Shown: positions 1-9,585 of the stretch, in pieces
How positions within the stretch are numbered: the first letter of the stretch is position 1
Layout of the letters: the number at the start of each line of letters is the position of its first letter
NCBI GenBank assembly: GCA_041601615.1
Contig: JBFIHX010000007.1
Location: 64,001 to 128,000 of the forward strand
Length of the DNA stretch: 64,000 nt
Source: Thermoplasmatota archaeon
GTDB taxonomy: Archaea > Thermoplasmatota > E2 > JACPAO01 > JAHFTW01
Direction of reading: 5' to 3'
The notes under the pieces: model-generated
Told to the model about the DNA's origin: nothing
The model's database searches: none
The model's input: only the letters and a program-made list of their open reading frames with translations
Translations under genes and position numbers: made by a program

Positions 1-1
1 C

Positions 2-316
2 AATGCCACCGTGGACGATTGCGTTCGCTCCGGCCTTGCTTGTGCCAAGATCAGCGCGGGTGCCTCGGATATGGCGGCATTGCTGGACGATGCTTGGGCT
101 CGGGGTGTTTCCACGGTTATGTTGGACCAGGCCGTGGTGGATGCGAGTGTTGTCGCCACGGCGCACCGCAGGGGGTTGTCCGTACACGCTTGGACCGTGA
201 ACGATGAACCGTCCTGGCGTCGCCTATTGGCCGCTGGCGTGGATGGAATCCTCACGGATCGCCCGGGGTACTTGTTGGACGTGCTCAACGACCGTCCGGC
301 TCAGGAAGTGCCGTAG
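2..316 (+). CDS. Glycerophosphodiester phosphodiesterase (C-terminal part; truncated by window edge)
   Basis: C-terminal GDPD signature VHAWTVNDE...GVDGILTDRP; frame open to the left edge. Confidence 0.85.
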   Translation, partial: NATVDDCVRSGLACAKISAGASDMAALLDDAWARGVSTVMLDQAVVDASVVATAHRRGLSVHAWTVNDEPSWRRLLAAGVDGILTDRPGYLLDVLNDRPAQEVP

Positions 317-1764
317 ACGGGGTGGCTGGTGGCGGGCGCGAAGGCGTACATGCCCATGTACACGTCGGCGGCGTACAGGTGTCCTTCGGGGCCCATTTCT
401 ACGTCCATGTAGGTGGGTGCGTCGAGCGTCAGGCCGAGGCCGCAGAGATTGCTCTCGATGGTCTGGTGGACGGGGTCTTGGAACAGGGTCTGTTCGCCAT
501 CGGCGTACACGGCGTAGGCGATTTCGGCGGGGTCGCTGCGCAGGTCGGGGTGGCGGAAGTCCATTTGCCAGAGGCCACCGTGGTAGCTGCTGATGGTGAG
601 GATGCCGTCGTCGGTGAAGCGCGGGTTGTGCAGGCTGAAGCTGGTGCCAAGCGCCGTGTGGTTGCCGGGGTTGGCCCAGACGCCCGTTTGTTCGAGGAGC
701 ATCGGTTCCTCGCCGGTGCGGACTTGGTCGAGGCCGGTGCCGTCGAGGATCCACATGGGGCTGACCCAGTCGAGCCAGTCCTCGGAGGTTACGATGACCA
801 CGATTTCGCCGTCAAAGAAGGCGACGTCGGCGGTGTGGAGGTAGTATTCGACGCCGGTTTGTTCCTTGATTTCTTGGCGGTTGGGGAGGTCCCAGTTGCC
901 GATTTCGACGGGGTTGCGCACGTCGGTGATGTTGTAGATTTGCAGTCCGCCGCCGCCGTTGGCCGAGAGGGCCCAGACGTCGCCCCAAGGGGTGTCGCGG
1001 ACGTACATGTCGTGGCCGACGTTGATGCTGCTGCCGGTGTCTTCGAGGTGGGCGCCGGTGAGTTCGTCGGCGACGATTTCGAAGATGTGGCCAAAGACGA
1101 AGGCGTAGTCGCGGTCTTGGATGCGGTGGACGGCGATGCTGTGTTCGCCGGGGAGGCCGGGCGCGAGGCCGGTGGGGCTCGTGGAGGAGCGGCCGGCAGC
1201 GGTGATGACGTCGACGATGAGGGGTTGTGCTTTGTTGCTGGTGTCGAAGAGGTAGACGTCGACGGGGACGGGGTTGACTTGGCCAAGGCAGGTGATGGCT
1301 TCGGTGCCCATGACGACGTAGTTGCCGTCGATGGTGGCTTCCATGCTGCGGTCGCCTCCGACGGCGCCGGGGAGGTTGACGCGGCCGGTGAGGGTGGGCA
1401 CGGAGGGGTTGCTGAGGTCCCAGATGGCGAGGCCGCCGTTGATGCTGGCGGTGTTTGCGCCGTAGACGGCGCCAAAGAGGTAGCCGGCTTGCAGGTCCAG
1501 AGCGTGTACGCCGGCGATTTGGGCGGCGTTTTGCATCAAGGGGTCGCGGGCGCCAAATTCGTAGTTCCAGAGGAATTTGTGTTGGCCGGGCGTGGTGTGG
1601 TCGTGGCCGGCGCCTTCGGGCATGGGGTCCTCGGGCAGGACGTAGCGCTTTGCTGGTTCGAGGTCAACGGGGTCTTTGCCGTCGGTTCCGCCGGTGTTGT
1701 CGTCGAGGCAGCCGGAGACGGCGACGAGTGCCGTCATGAGGGCGATCCATAGGGCCTTGTGCAT
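301..1764 (-). CDS. Secreted lipoprotein with LVIVD-like beta-propeller repeats
   Basis: Lipobox VSGC after hydrophobic leader; repeats GLAIWDLSNP, GLQIYNITD, HGGLWQMD; His motifs GHD, LHT, LHNP. Confidence 0.75.
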   Translation of the reverse strand: MHKALWIALMTALVAVSGCLDDNTGGTDGKDPVDLEPAKRYVLPEDPMPEGAGHDHTTPGQHKFLWNYEFGARDPLMQNAAQIAGVHALDLQAGYLFGAVYGANTASINGGLAIWDLSNPSVPTLTGRVNLPGAVGGDRSMEATIDGNYVVMGTEAITCLGQVNPVPVDVYLFDTSNKAQPLIVDVITAAGRSSTSPTGLAPGLPGEHSIAVHRIQDRDYAFVFGHIFEIVADELTGAHLEDTGSSINVGHDMYVRDTPWGDVWALSANGGGGLQIYNITDVRNPVEIGNWDLPNRQEIKEQTGVEYYLHTADVAFFDGEIVVIVTSEDWLDWVSPMWILDGTGLDQVRTGEEPMLLEQTGVWANPGNHTALGTSFSLHNPRFTDDGILTISSYHGGLWQMDFRHPDLRSDPAEIAYAVYADGEQTLFQDPVHQTIESNLCGLGLTLDAPTYMDVEMGPEGHLYAADVYMGMYAFAPATSHPVYGTS

Positions 1765-1837
1765 GATTGGACTGGACCGGGAGGGCTACATGACGGTTGT
1801 GGCGCTCCGATTTGGATGCAGCGCTGGTGCTGGCGAC

Positions 1838-3574
1838 CTACATGGTGTCGAGCGCGGGCAGGCCGAGTGCCTCGTGGCACCGCCTTAGCGCCATCCGCGC
1901 CGCGTCGACCACCGCGAGCCGGGTTGCGCGTTCGTCGGCGTCTTCGTGATCGAGGACGTGATGGTCGCGGTAGTAGCCGTTGAAGGCGGACGCCAGTTCG
2001 GATGCGTAGGCGCAGAAGTGGTGCGGGGCGGCGCGGTCGGCGGCGTCCTCTGCGACACTGGGCAGGCGGGCGATGAGGGACAAGAGTCTGGCTTCGCCGG
2101 CTTGGATGGCTTCGTCGTGGACGGCGGCTTCAATGTTCTGGGCCTTGGCTTTGGCAAGGAGGCTAACAGCGCGGGCGTGGGCGTACATGAGGTACGGTGC
2201 GGAGTCACCTTCGAAGTCGAGTGCTTCTTCCCAGCGGAATTTGATGGGTTTTTCTGGTTGCACTTTGGCGATGTTGTAGCGAATGGCGGCGATGCCGACG
2301 GCTTCGGCGATGGCGTCTACTTGGGTTTTGGTCATTTCGTCGCCGCGGCGGCTGAGCACGGCTTCGCGGGCCATGGCGACGGCTTCGTCTAGGAGGTCGT
2401 CTACGAAGACGACGCGGTTGGCGCGGGTGCTCATTTTGCCTTCGGGGAGGCTTACGAAGGCGTAGAAGACGACGTGGGGTTTGGTGGCGCCGAGTTCGTC
2501 GAGGGCAACACCCACTTGCAGCGATTGCAGACGGTGGTCTTCTCCGAGTACGTCGATGAGGCGGCCGCCGGGGCCAACGTGGTCGCTCTTCCATTTGTGG
2601 TAGGCGACGTCGCGGGTGGCGTAGACGCTGGTTTGGTCGCGGCGGGTGAAGAAGAACTTGGTGGATTTGTTGCCTTCCAGTTCGGTGCCAAGGTCCAGGT
2701 AGTTGGCGCCGTCGTCTTCTTGCGCGGCGCGGGGGCTTGCCTTGAGGCCTTGGATGACTTGTTCGACGGTGCCGTCGGCTACGTGGTCGGATTCGTCGTC
2801 TACGGAGTCGAAGGTGACGCCGAGGCGGGCTAGGCTTTCGCTCATGCCGGCAAAGCAGGCTTCATAGACGGTGCGCACGCCGGCAAGGAGTTCGGGGTCG
2901 GCGGTTTCGAGGCGGGCCACGAGTGATTTGACTTCGGCGGCGTACTCGGGGTCCTCGGTCATGCGTTCGTTGGCGGCTTGGTAGTAGCGTACGAGTCGGT
3001 GGTCGGCTTTGTCGCGGGCGGCGGGCGGCAGGTCGGCCTCCGCGAAGGTTTTCGAGCCAAGGTACAGGAGGGCGACTTGGCGGCCGAGGTTGTCCATGTA
3101 GTAGTGGGTCTCGATGTCGTAGCCAGCCACTCGGTGCAGGCGAGCAAGGGTGTCGCCGAGGATGGGGTTGCGAGCACGTCCCACGTGTAATGGGCCGTTG
3201 GGGTTGGCGCTGGTGTGCTCCAACAACACTTTGCCCGTTTTGGGGGATGCAGTGATGGCCGCCATGGGGTCCGAGAGGACCACGCGTGCAAGTTTGGCGG
3301 TGTCGAGGAAGAAATTTACGTAGGGGCCGACGGCGCGCACTTCTGCCACCCATTCGGTCCCGGTGGCTTCGACGGCGGCGGCTAGCTCCTGTGCGATGGC
3401 GGGTGGGGCTTTGCGCAAAGCGCGCGCAAAGGGAAAGCAGGGCATTCCAAGTTCACCCATGGTGGGGTCGGGCGGGTTCTCGAGGCTGGGTCGCGCAGTA
3501 TCGGGGGCAAGCTTTGCCACGGCGGCGTCCAGCAGCGATTCGACTTCGGCCCGGAAGGCGCGCAGTGCGTCCAC
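1838..3574 (-). CDS. argS: Arginine--tRNA ligase
   Basis: EHTSANPNGPLHVGRARN (HIGH), GKMSTR (KMSKS-like), YLMYAHAR; GTG start at 3574 chosen. Confidence 0.97.
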   Translation of the reverse strand: MDALRAFRAEVESLLDAAVAKLAPDTARPSLENPPDPTMGELGMPCFPFARALRKAPPAIAQELAAAVEATGTEWVAEVRAVGPYVNFFLDTAKLARVVLSDPMAAITASPKTGKVLLEHTSANPNGPLHVGRARNPILGDTLARLHRVAGYDIETHYYMDNLGRQVALLYLGSKTFAEADLPPAARDKADHRLVRYYQAANERMTEDPEYAAEVKSLVARLETADPELLAGVRTVYEACFAGMSESLARLGVTFDSVDDESDHVADGTVEQVIQGLKASPRAAQEDDGANYLDLGTELEGNKSTKFFFTRRDQTSVYATRDVAYHKWKSDHVGPGGRLIDVLGEDHRLQSLQVGVALDELGATKPHVVFYAFVSLPEGKMSTRANRVVFVDDLLDEAVAMAREAVLSRRGDEMTKTQVDAIAEAVGIAAIRYNIAKVQPEKPIKFRWEEALDFEGDSAPYLMYAHARAVSLLAKAKAQNIEAAVHDEAIQAGEARLLSLIARLPSVAEDAADRAAPHHFCAYASELASAFNGYYRDHHVLDHEDADERATRLAVVDAARMALRRCHEALGLPALDTM

Positions 3575-3715
3575 GGCGCGGCCACAGGGGCGTTGTTGAA
3601 AGCCCCTGCGACGAAGATTGCCCGTAGAGGCACGGTGTGGAAGCCGCGTGGGAGCCGCGCGGGAGCCGTGGAGGCCATGCGGCGACCTTACGAAGGCCCC
3701 CCGCGCTTGCTCGTT

Positions 3716-4558
3716 GTGGAGGCGGTCGAGCTCTTCGTGGATGGCACGCGATTGCATGGAGAATTCCATGCGGCAGCCAAGGGCAAAGCGGCGGTCGTGC
3801 TCCTTCATGGCTTCCGTTCTTCGATGCAAGAATTGGGAGACCTTCCCCAGCGCCTTGCCGATGCGGGGATTCATGCCTTGGCGATCGATCATCGGGGCCA
3901 TGGCCAGAGCGATGGGGAGCGGGGCCGGGTCGGATTGGACCGGGCGTTGGCGGACACGGAGGCGGCGTTCGCGTGGTTGCAGCAGCGACTTGGTAAGCGC
4001 GTGCGGATGGGCCTCGTGGGGCACAGCCTTGGTGCCTCGCATGCCATCGGCATCGCGGGGCGAACGAGTCTGGTACGCGCCCTGGTGCTTGCCCACCCGG
4101 TGGATCGGCTCCTGGATGAATTGGGACGCGCCGAGCGGCTCGTGTACCATGCACTGGGTCGCTTGGGCCAGCGTCGTATGCGTCGAGGACGTGCGGCGGG
4201 GTTTGTGAAGCGGCCACCGTTGTACCGGCACCTCATGCGAGATTCGGAGGCCCAACAATGGGCCAGGCAGCATTCGTTGCTCCAGCAATCCGTGAACCTC
4301 GGCAACTACGCCTACGCTGTCACGATGCAAGCGAGCGATTGGGCGCGTCGCGCGGAAGCACCGGCGCTGTGCATTTTTAGCCCGCATGATCAAGTGGTGC
4401 ATCCAATGCACACCCAGGCGGTGTTTGACAACCTTCGCGGCCCGCACGAATCATTGCAGCACGACGGCGGCCATTCTTGTTTCTTGGACCAAGACGCGGA
4501 CCGAGTCATGACGGCGACCGTGGAGTTTCTGCAGCGGCGACTGGCGGGGCGCGCATGA
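3716..4558 (+). CDS. Alpha/beta hydrolase (lysophospholipase/monoacylglycerol lipase-like)
   Basis: LLHG, DHRGHGQS, nucleophile GHSLG, C-terminal D and H (DQVV, GGH). Confidence 0.88.
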   Translation: MEAVELFVDGTRLHGEFHAAAKGKAAVVLLHGFRSSMQELGDLPQRLADAGIHALAIDHRGHGQSDGERGRVGLDRALADTEAAFAWLQQRLGKRVRMGLVGHSLGASHAIGIAGRTSLVRALVLAHPVDRLLDELGRAERLVYHALGRLGQRRMRRGRAAGFVKRPPLYRHLMRDSEAQQWARQHSLLQQSVNLGNYAYAVTMQASDWARRAEAPALCIFSPHDQVVHPMHTQAVFDNLRGPHESLQHDGGHSCFLDQDADRVMTATVEFLQRRLAGRA

Positions 4559-5304
4559 GCCCCGACAAGTCTGCCTCCGGGTTCGCTTTCTTTGATTTTG
4601 ACAACACCATCCTGCATGGCGATGCGGGGCCGTTGTTTGGAAAGCATTTGCTCGCCGAGGAAGCCGAGCGCCTGCGAAAGCGGAGGCGGGGACCTCGGCG
4701 GGCGCTCCGCACGGCGCGGTTTTGGAGTGGAGTGCTGACGTTTGGAGCATGGATGGGTGCCCAGTCGGCGCTGTACAAGGTGCGGGCGGTGCGACGCAGC
4801 ACCATCGTTCGCAGTGCCTACCGAGGCTTGCGCGGCGTTCCCGCTGAGCCATTTTTGGCCGATATGGAGGATTTTGCCAAGCGGCACCTACGACCCCGGC
4901 TGTACCCTGCGATGCTGCAAGAGATGGAGGCCCACCATGAGGCTGGGCGCACCTGCGTCATTGTCACCACCGGTATGGAAGCACTTGTTCAGCACTGCAT
5001 GGAGTGGTTGCCTGCGGGGACACAGTTGATTGGGTGCGAACTGGACGAACTGGACGGTCGACTCACGGGGCGTGTGGTTCGGGGTCCGCTTTATGGCCAA
5101 GATAAGGCCAACATCATTCTCGCTTATTGCCGGGCAACTGGCGTGGACCCGGCGGATTGCTGGGCCTACACGGACCATTACTCGGACCATCAAATGCTGG
5201 AGGCGGTGGGGCAAGCGGTTTGCGTGAATCCCCGTAGTCGGCTCCAAAAACTGGCACATCAACGAGGTTGGCTTGTTCTGGATTGTCCGGACCCTCGGGT
5301 GTAG
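4555..5304 (+). CDS. HAD-IB family phosphatase (SerB-like)
   Basis: Motif I FFDFDNT, VTTG, K, AYTDHYSD, AVCVNP; ATGA overlap with upstream gene. Confidence 0.88.
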   Translation: MSPDKSASGFAFFDFDNTILHGDAGPLFGKHLLAEEAERLRKRRRGPRRALRTARFWSGVLTFGAWMGAQSALYKVRAVRRSTIVRSAYRGLRGVPAEPFLADMEDFAKRHLRPRLYPAMLQEMEAHHEAGRTCVIVTTGMEALVQHCMEWLPAGTQLIGCELDELDGRLTGRVVRGPLYGQDKANIILAYCRATGVDPADCWAYTDHYSDHQMLEAVGQAVCVNPRSRLQKLAHQRGWLVLDCPDPRV

Positions 5305-5395
5305 GTCGAGTAGGTCCCGAAGAAGACAACAGCTCGGCGTTCGGCCAAAAAAAGGGGGGATGAGGCGGGGAAGATGAGCGGGCGCCTAGGGCGTC

Positions 5396-6040
5396 CTACT
5401 TCTTGTTGGAGAAGTACATCATCGCGAGCAGGATGACGGCCAGGAAGGCGAGGGGCATCATGTAGGAGCTCCAGTCGCTGCTGCCGGCGCCGTGGGCACC
5501 GAAGACCATGCCGAAGAGCATCGGGACGCTGGCCCAGGTGTTGAAGCGGCTGGCCATAACGGCGTTCTTGACGCGGGGGCCGTTCTCGGCGGTCATCTTG
5601 GCTTTGTCAGCGTCGGAAGCGCCGGCGGCGATGGCCTTGTTGTTGCTGAGGATCACTTGTTGGTTGGGCCAGATGATGAACCAGACGTTGAACCACATGA
5701 CGATGCCGAGCAGAACGCCCATCAGGATGAGGTAGCCCGCAGGGCCGTTGTCGAAGAAGTAGCCGCTGTGGCTGCCAAATTGGGTGCCCTTGATGTAAAT
5801 CAGGATCAACCCGAAGAGGAAGGTGAACATGGCGCCCCAGCGGAACCAGAACAGTGTTTTGAGGGTGATGTTTGCCGTCGCCTTTTCGCCCATGGCCACA
5901 TCGAAGGGCTTCTTGAGGGGGAATTTCAGAAGCGGCAGGTTGACGAGATTGAAGAAGTACAGGAGCCCAATCCAGGTGATTCCAGACAGGATGTGCAGAT
6001 ACCTGAACAGCGATTCGTACGCCAGGTCCGTGAAGGCCAT
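5396..6040 (-). CDS. PuuD/urate-oxidase N-terminal-like membrane protein (no cytochrome c domain)
   Basis: RYLHILSGITWIGLLYFFN, FWFRWGAMFT, MWFNVWFIIWPNQ, SRFNT motifs; multi-TM. Confidence 0.75.
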   Translation of the reverse strand: MAFTDLAYESLFRYLHILSGITWIGLLYFFNLVNLPLLKFPLKKPFDVAMGEKATANITLKTLFWFRWGAMFTFLFGLILIYIKGTQFGSHSGYFFDNGPAGYLILMGVLLGIVMWFNVWFIIWPNQQVILSNNKAIAAGASDADKAKMTAENGPRVKNAVMASRFNTWASVPMLFGMVFGAHGAGSSDWSSYMMPLAFLAVILLAMMYFSNKK

Positions 6041-6153
6041 GGAGGCCGGAGTGGAGTCGGATATATCAATCTAAAGAACGTGTTGCCGCGACTTCCTGTG
6101 CATCCGGTGCAACCCATGCAACGACAAGCCGCCCGATTACGACACGCTCTAAT

Positions 6154-6783
6154 TCACAACGTGGCGGCCCGGCCAGAAATCATTGCTTCGACCCATGGAA
6201 GCCGGTCGTTGCCCCAAAACGATTCGCGCCGACCCACATCATCCTCCAGCACGAAAAACGGCACACCCGGGGCACCCGCGGCATAAGCTTCCTGGGTATT
6301 GGCAATCATCAGACGCTTGAGGCCCTCCCCCAAGCAAAGGCTGGCCCCGCCCTTCAAGCCAATGGTGTTGCATAGATCGTCAAGGACCGCCTCGTCGCTG
6401 ATATCCCGGCCATTCTCGAAGTACGCCAAGAACACCGCTTCCATCCACCGATCCTCCATTCCGGGTGCGTCATGGTCAGCGGCCAGATGCAATCGGCCAG
6501 CCTTGATGCTGTTGACCGGCATTGCACCTGGCGTCCCGGCGGCCGGAGGAGCAAAAGGCACACCGTATGCGGCGGCCCAGCGACGCACGTCCGAAAGCAA
6601 ATATCGACCCTGGTTGGGCAATGTCACGTTGGGTTGGCTGCCATCCTGCTTGAAAATGTGCCCCGCCGAGACCGGCTTCCAAAGAATCTCGCAGCCCTCG
6701 TAGCGGCCAGGGTGTGCACGAATCCGTTGCCAAGCCAAGTATGCGTAAGGGCTGCCATAGTCGAAGTAGGCGTGCAGGCGCAT
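6154..6783 (-). CDS. DsbA family / 2-hydroxychromene-2-carboxylate isomerase (GST-kappa-like)
   Basis: YFDYGSPYAYL, GVPFF, FWGNDRL. Confidence 0.9.
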   Translation of the reverse strand: MRLHAYFDYGSPYAYLAWQRIRAHPGRYEGCEILWKPVSAGHIFKQDGSQPNVTLPNQGRYLLSDVRRWAAAYGVPFAPPAAGTPGAMPVNSIKAGRLHLAADHDAPGMEDRWMEAVFLAYFENGRDISDEAVLDDLCNTIGLKGGASLCLGEGLKRLMIANTQEAYAAGAPGVPFFVLEDDVGRRESFWGNDRLPWVEAMISGRAATL

Positions 6784-6838
6784 GGGCGCGGGCAGTAGCA
6801 ATCCGTCTATGGATATGCCGTTCGAGGCGGCACCACCC

Positions 6839-7162
6839 TCATTCCACCCAAGGCGCCCCCTGCACCGTGCTCGGGGCGTTTCCGTGCAGCCACGCCGACG
6901 GAAACACCACTTGCAAGGAGCCACCCCACAATCGACCCATTTCGTGGCGAAGCAGCGGGTATGTCCTTCGCATCCCTTCATCCAATTCTTCCACCGCATC
7001 CCCCACTGCAGCTACAAAGGGTCCGGGGTCTTCGTCGGCGTCCACCAGGAATCCGCCACCCACTCGAAGCACCCGCAACCCGGGTACGCCGCCGAGACTG
7101 TGCACAAGGTCACGCTCCAATCGACGCCCAAGATCTCCTGAAAGCCACGCGGCGTAGCGCAT
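6839..7162 (-). CDS. Hypothetical protein
   Basis: 107-aa ORF, plausible composition, fills the gap upstream of the DsbA gene. Confidence 0.45.
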   Translation of the reverse strand: MRYAAWLSGDLGRRLERDLVHSLGGVPGLRVLRVGGGFLVDADEDPGPFVAAVGDAVEELDEGMRRTYPLLRHEMGRLWGGSLQVVFPSAWLHGNAPSTVQGAPWVE

Positions 7163-7540
7163 CGGGATGAGAATTCGACTTCGCTGCTCCATGTGGGTAC
7201 GATTGCTCGGCCGTGCATGAGGGCTACCCATAGAAGGCAGAAACAGCCCGCTTCTTGGCCTGTGCCGCACACAACAAGGCCTGCGTAACACACATGTTGG
7301 TGCCCAACCGCATTCATTCATGCATTAATGATCAATAAACTGCCAAACTGAGCAAGTATGGGTTTTTCCGGGCAATTTTGGCAAATCCGCAAGGACCGCT
7401 CCGAGGAACCGCTGCACAAGCGCACAATCTAGCGGCCCGTTGCACCCCTCCAAAATAGCCACCCGTCCCCCCTGCCCACGCCATCATGCTTGTGCGGACC
7501 GACAACAACCGTTTTGTCGTCGGCCGTTGCTCGACCGCCT

Positions 7541-8458
7541 ATGCGAACGATCCTCTTGACCATCCTGAGCCTCTTCATGGTCACCCTTGCCGGTTGTGCC
7601 CAGAGCAGCGACGGCGGCGTGGACGAGAAAAAATTGGACAAAATCCAAGTCACCGACACTACAGGCGGAATCCGCGGGGTCGTGGTGGACACCAGCATCA
7701 CCCCCGTGGCCGACGCCCGCGTGCTGCTCAACACAGGCGCGGAAACAGCGACCGACGCTAGCGGCGTCTTCACATTCACGGGACTAGAACCGGGAACCTA
7801 CTTTGTCACTGCGGAGAAACTCCTGTACGAAGGCGCCCAAGCGAGCACCCTCGTACAAGCAGGCGTGGACGAACCCCCCGTGCTCACCATCCAGATTGCA
7901 CGGCTCGCCGGCGTCGTCCCCTTCGTAGAAGTCAACCAATTCGACGGCTTCTATGACTGCGCCTTTGCCGGCCCCGGCATCACCGACAGCTGCGACATGG
8001 CCACCCGAACGGTCCACGACGCAGGCGTCGAACCCGTCCCCCGCAGTCTCCAAAACAACGTCAACACCGGCTTCATCACCGTAAGCCCCCAGGTCCAGAC
8101 CATCATCCAAGAAGGATTCTACGACGACTCCGTCACGAGCCGTTTCTGGACCATGGTCAGCAGCACCCCAATCGACAACGGTTGCGACTGCAGCGACATC
8201 GACTACATCGACAACATCGGCGATGACGGCACCACCTACGGCCGTGGCGACCGCTCGACCGGTGAACCCTTCCCCGCTACCAACGGCGAGGAAGAAGTAG
8301 CCGTGCGCGGCTTCATCCCGTGGTTTGGCTTCGCCGACCCCGGAGTAGACTACGCACTCGGCCTCGAATTCCAGATCTTCACGACCCTGTTCTACAACTT
8401 TGAAGCACAGGACGGCTGGAACATCCAAGCCCGCGAAGACTACCCGCTCCCAAGCTGA
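7541..8458 (+). CDS. Lipoprotein with carboxypeptidase-regulatory-like (transthyretin-fold) domain
   Basis: Lipobox LAGC; GGIRGVVVD...TDASGVFTFTGLEPGTYFVTAEK. Confidence 0.8.
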   Translation: MRTILLTILSLFMVTLAGCAQSSDGGVDEKKLDKIQVTDTTGGIRGVVVDTSITPVADARVLLNTGAETATDASGVFTFTGLEPGTYFVTAEKLLYEGAQASTLVQAGVDEPPVLTIQIARLAGVVPFVEVNQFDGFYDCAFAGPGITDSCDMATRTVHDAGVEPVPRSLQNNVNTGFITVSPQVQTIIQEGFYDDSVTSRFWTMVSSTPIDNGCDCSDIDYIDNIGDDGTTYGRGDRSTGEPFPATNGEEEVAVRGFIPWFGFADPGVDYALGLEFQIFTTLFYNFEAQDGWNIQAREDYPLPS

Positions 8459-8544
8459 TTGGACCCATTCGTCGGCACCACCCAAGCAATCTTCCATCAA
8501 AGCCACAACAAGGGCTAAGAACGAGCCCGTGCGGTCCTGAGCCC

Positions 8545-9534
8545 ATGCGCACGTGGGTCATCTGCGGACTCTTCCTTTTGACAGCCCTGGCCGGATGCTC
8601 CGACGCTCCTCCGGCCACCGACAAGGAAGACGACGGGTTCAAGGACATCGACTACAAAGTGGACGACCAAACCGGCGCCATTCTCGGCATCGTCGTCAAC
8701 GAAGTCATCGAACCGGTCTCCGGCGCCACGATCACCCTGCAAGACGGCACCGGCCGTTCCACCCAAACCGATGCGCAGGGCCGCTTTGTCCTGGACGAAC
8801 TCGACGAAGGAAGTTACTTTTTGAGCGCGAGCAAACCGGGCCACACCGAGAGCCAATTCAGCGCCCAAGTCGCCCCCGGCTCCGCCAACCCTGCCATCAT
8901 CAAGGTTCAACTTCCCCGGCTCTTCGAGGCAGACCCCTTCATGCAAGCCTTCAGTTTCGAGGGCTTCTTTACATGCAGCCAAAACGGAGTCATTCCGCTC
9001 TGGAGCAGCAGCCCGTGCGTCTTCGACCACACCAAGCACAGCTTGATTCCCGCCCCCGCAAACGGCATCCTCCCGATGCTGGACAACGCCACCCCGCAAA
9101 TCCGTGATTTCCACGCAGACGTGGGCGCCGGTTGGCAGAGCATGATCTGGGAGATGACCTGGGAAGCCAGCGCCCAAGGAACCAGCGAAAACATGGGCAT
9201 CGTGGTCAGCACCTACAAACCCGAACGTTGCACCTGCCACTCCTTTGCCAACTACGGCAGCGCAAACCCACTGCGCTTGCAAATGGACGTGGGCGCCCCG
9301 CACGAGACCGCAGCGGCAGCCGAACCCACCGCGATTCCCCCGGAAGGCATCGAGCAAATGAGCTTCTTTACCTCCGTGCGCGCCCCCGACGGCAACATCA
9401 ACACCGGGCTAGGCCCCCGCGCCCCGCCTGGACTTGCCGTGGACCAAGATTTCACGATCTTCTACCACCAGTTCTACTACGCGGCGCCGCCGGAAGGATG
9501 GTCGTTCCTGAACGGCGACGGAAACCCGTTCTAG
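8545..9534 (+). CDS. Lipoprotein with carboxypeptidase-regulatory-like domain (tandem paralogue of 7541-8458)
   Basis: Lipobox LAGC; GAILGIVV...TDAQGRFVLDELDEGSYFLSASK; shared F-[DE]-GF-x-x-C and C-terminal F-x-IF...FY...GW motifs. Confidence 0.8.
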   Translation: MRTWVICGLFLLTALAGCSDAPPATDKEDDGFKDIDYKVDDQTGAILGIVVNEVIEPVSGATITLQDGTGRSTQTDAQGRFVLDELDEGSYFLSASKPGHTESQFSAQVAPGSANPAIIKVQLPRLFEADPFMQAFSFEGFFTCSQNGVIPLWSSSPCVFDHTKHSLIPAPANGILPMLDNATPQIRDFHADVGAGWQSMIWEMTWEASAQGTSENMGIVVSTYKPERCTCHSFANYGSANPLRLQMDVGAPHETAAAAEPTAIPPEGIEQMSFFTSVRAPDGNINTGLGPRAPPGLAVDQDFTIFYHQFYYAAPPEGWSFLNGDGNPF

Positions 9535-9585
9535 TCCTCGATTCGCACCCGACCATTTTTCCATTCCTCTCGTCTCGGCGCCCTC

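Noticed and set aside
3575-4447. 290-aa N-terminal extension of ArgRS
   Set aside because: It overlaps the opposite-strand hydrolase; ArgRS-like sequence starts near 3574.
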